From NCBI GenBank assembly GCA_951406725.2, contig OX597818.1:49166001-49230000 (forward strand): a stretch of 64,000 nt of DNA. The letters are read 5' to 3'. The position numbers were made by a program, and so were the translations under genes. The notes beneath the pieces are model-generated. The model was not told the DNA's origin. It worked only from the letters and a program-made list of their open reading frames with translations, and did no database searches. The stretch comes from Octopus vulgaris (lineage: Eukaryota). Shown here in pieces: positions 63,645 through 64,000 of the stretch. Every line of letters starts with the position of its first letter. Within the stretch, counting starts at the first letter, position 1.

Positions 63645-63890
63645 TTTATTTCTTTATTGCCCACTAGGGGCTAAACATAGAGGGGACAAACAAGGACAAA
63701 CGGATTAAGTTGATTATATCGACCCAGTGCGTAACTGGTACTTATTTAATCGACCCCGAAATGATAAAAGGCAAAGTCGACCCCAGCGGAATTTGAACTC
63801 AGGACGTAACAGCAGACGAAATACCTATTTCTTTACTACCCACAAAACGACTAAACACAGAGAGGACAGACAAACAGATTAAGTCAATTC
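63645..63890 (-). mobile_element. SINE-B (truncated dimer)
   Basis: Family match. Confidence 0.8.
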
Positions 63891-63909
63891 TTCTAAAAAC
63901 ATACAAAAA

Positions 63910-64000
63910 GGCGCAGGAGTGGCTGTGTGGTAAGTAGCTTGCTTACCAACCAGTTGGTTCCAGGTTCAGTCCCACTACGTGGCACCCTGGGCAAGTGTCT
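63910..64000 (+). mobile_element. SINE-A head, cut by the window edge
   Basis: A/B boxes and start of the CORE-like segment. Confidence 0.85.

Overview
AT-rich, repeat-saturated eukaryotic DNA. The tRNA-derived SINE families and microsatellite content look like an octopus (cephalopod) genome; this is inferred from repeat motifs, not a database search. One host gene can be assembled on the + strand from GT-AG exons at 48820-48974, 55360-55454 and 57537-58245, with a possible first exon at 26557-26593. It encodes a ~310-330 aa protein with an SH2 domain and a degenerate WW-like domain. The rest is mostly mobile DNA: two abundant SINE families, 5'-truncated RTE and CR1 LINE ends, mariner, hAT, piggyBac-like and Tigger-like non-autonomous elements, a solo-LTR-like unit with an 8-pentamer heat-shock element, and long microsatellites. 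The most notable hidden layer is about seven type I hammerhead-ribozyme-like motifs in unrelated short elements embedded in (TA)n, (CA)n or (AAT)n tracts. These are probably Penelope pseudo-LTRs or retrozymes, and one is coupled to a head-to-head tRNA-like palindrome. Nearly all ORFs in the supplied track are artefacts of repeats. Repeat boundaries were read by eye (about +/-10 bp unless TSDs or TIRs are given).
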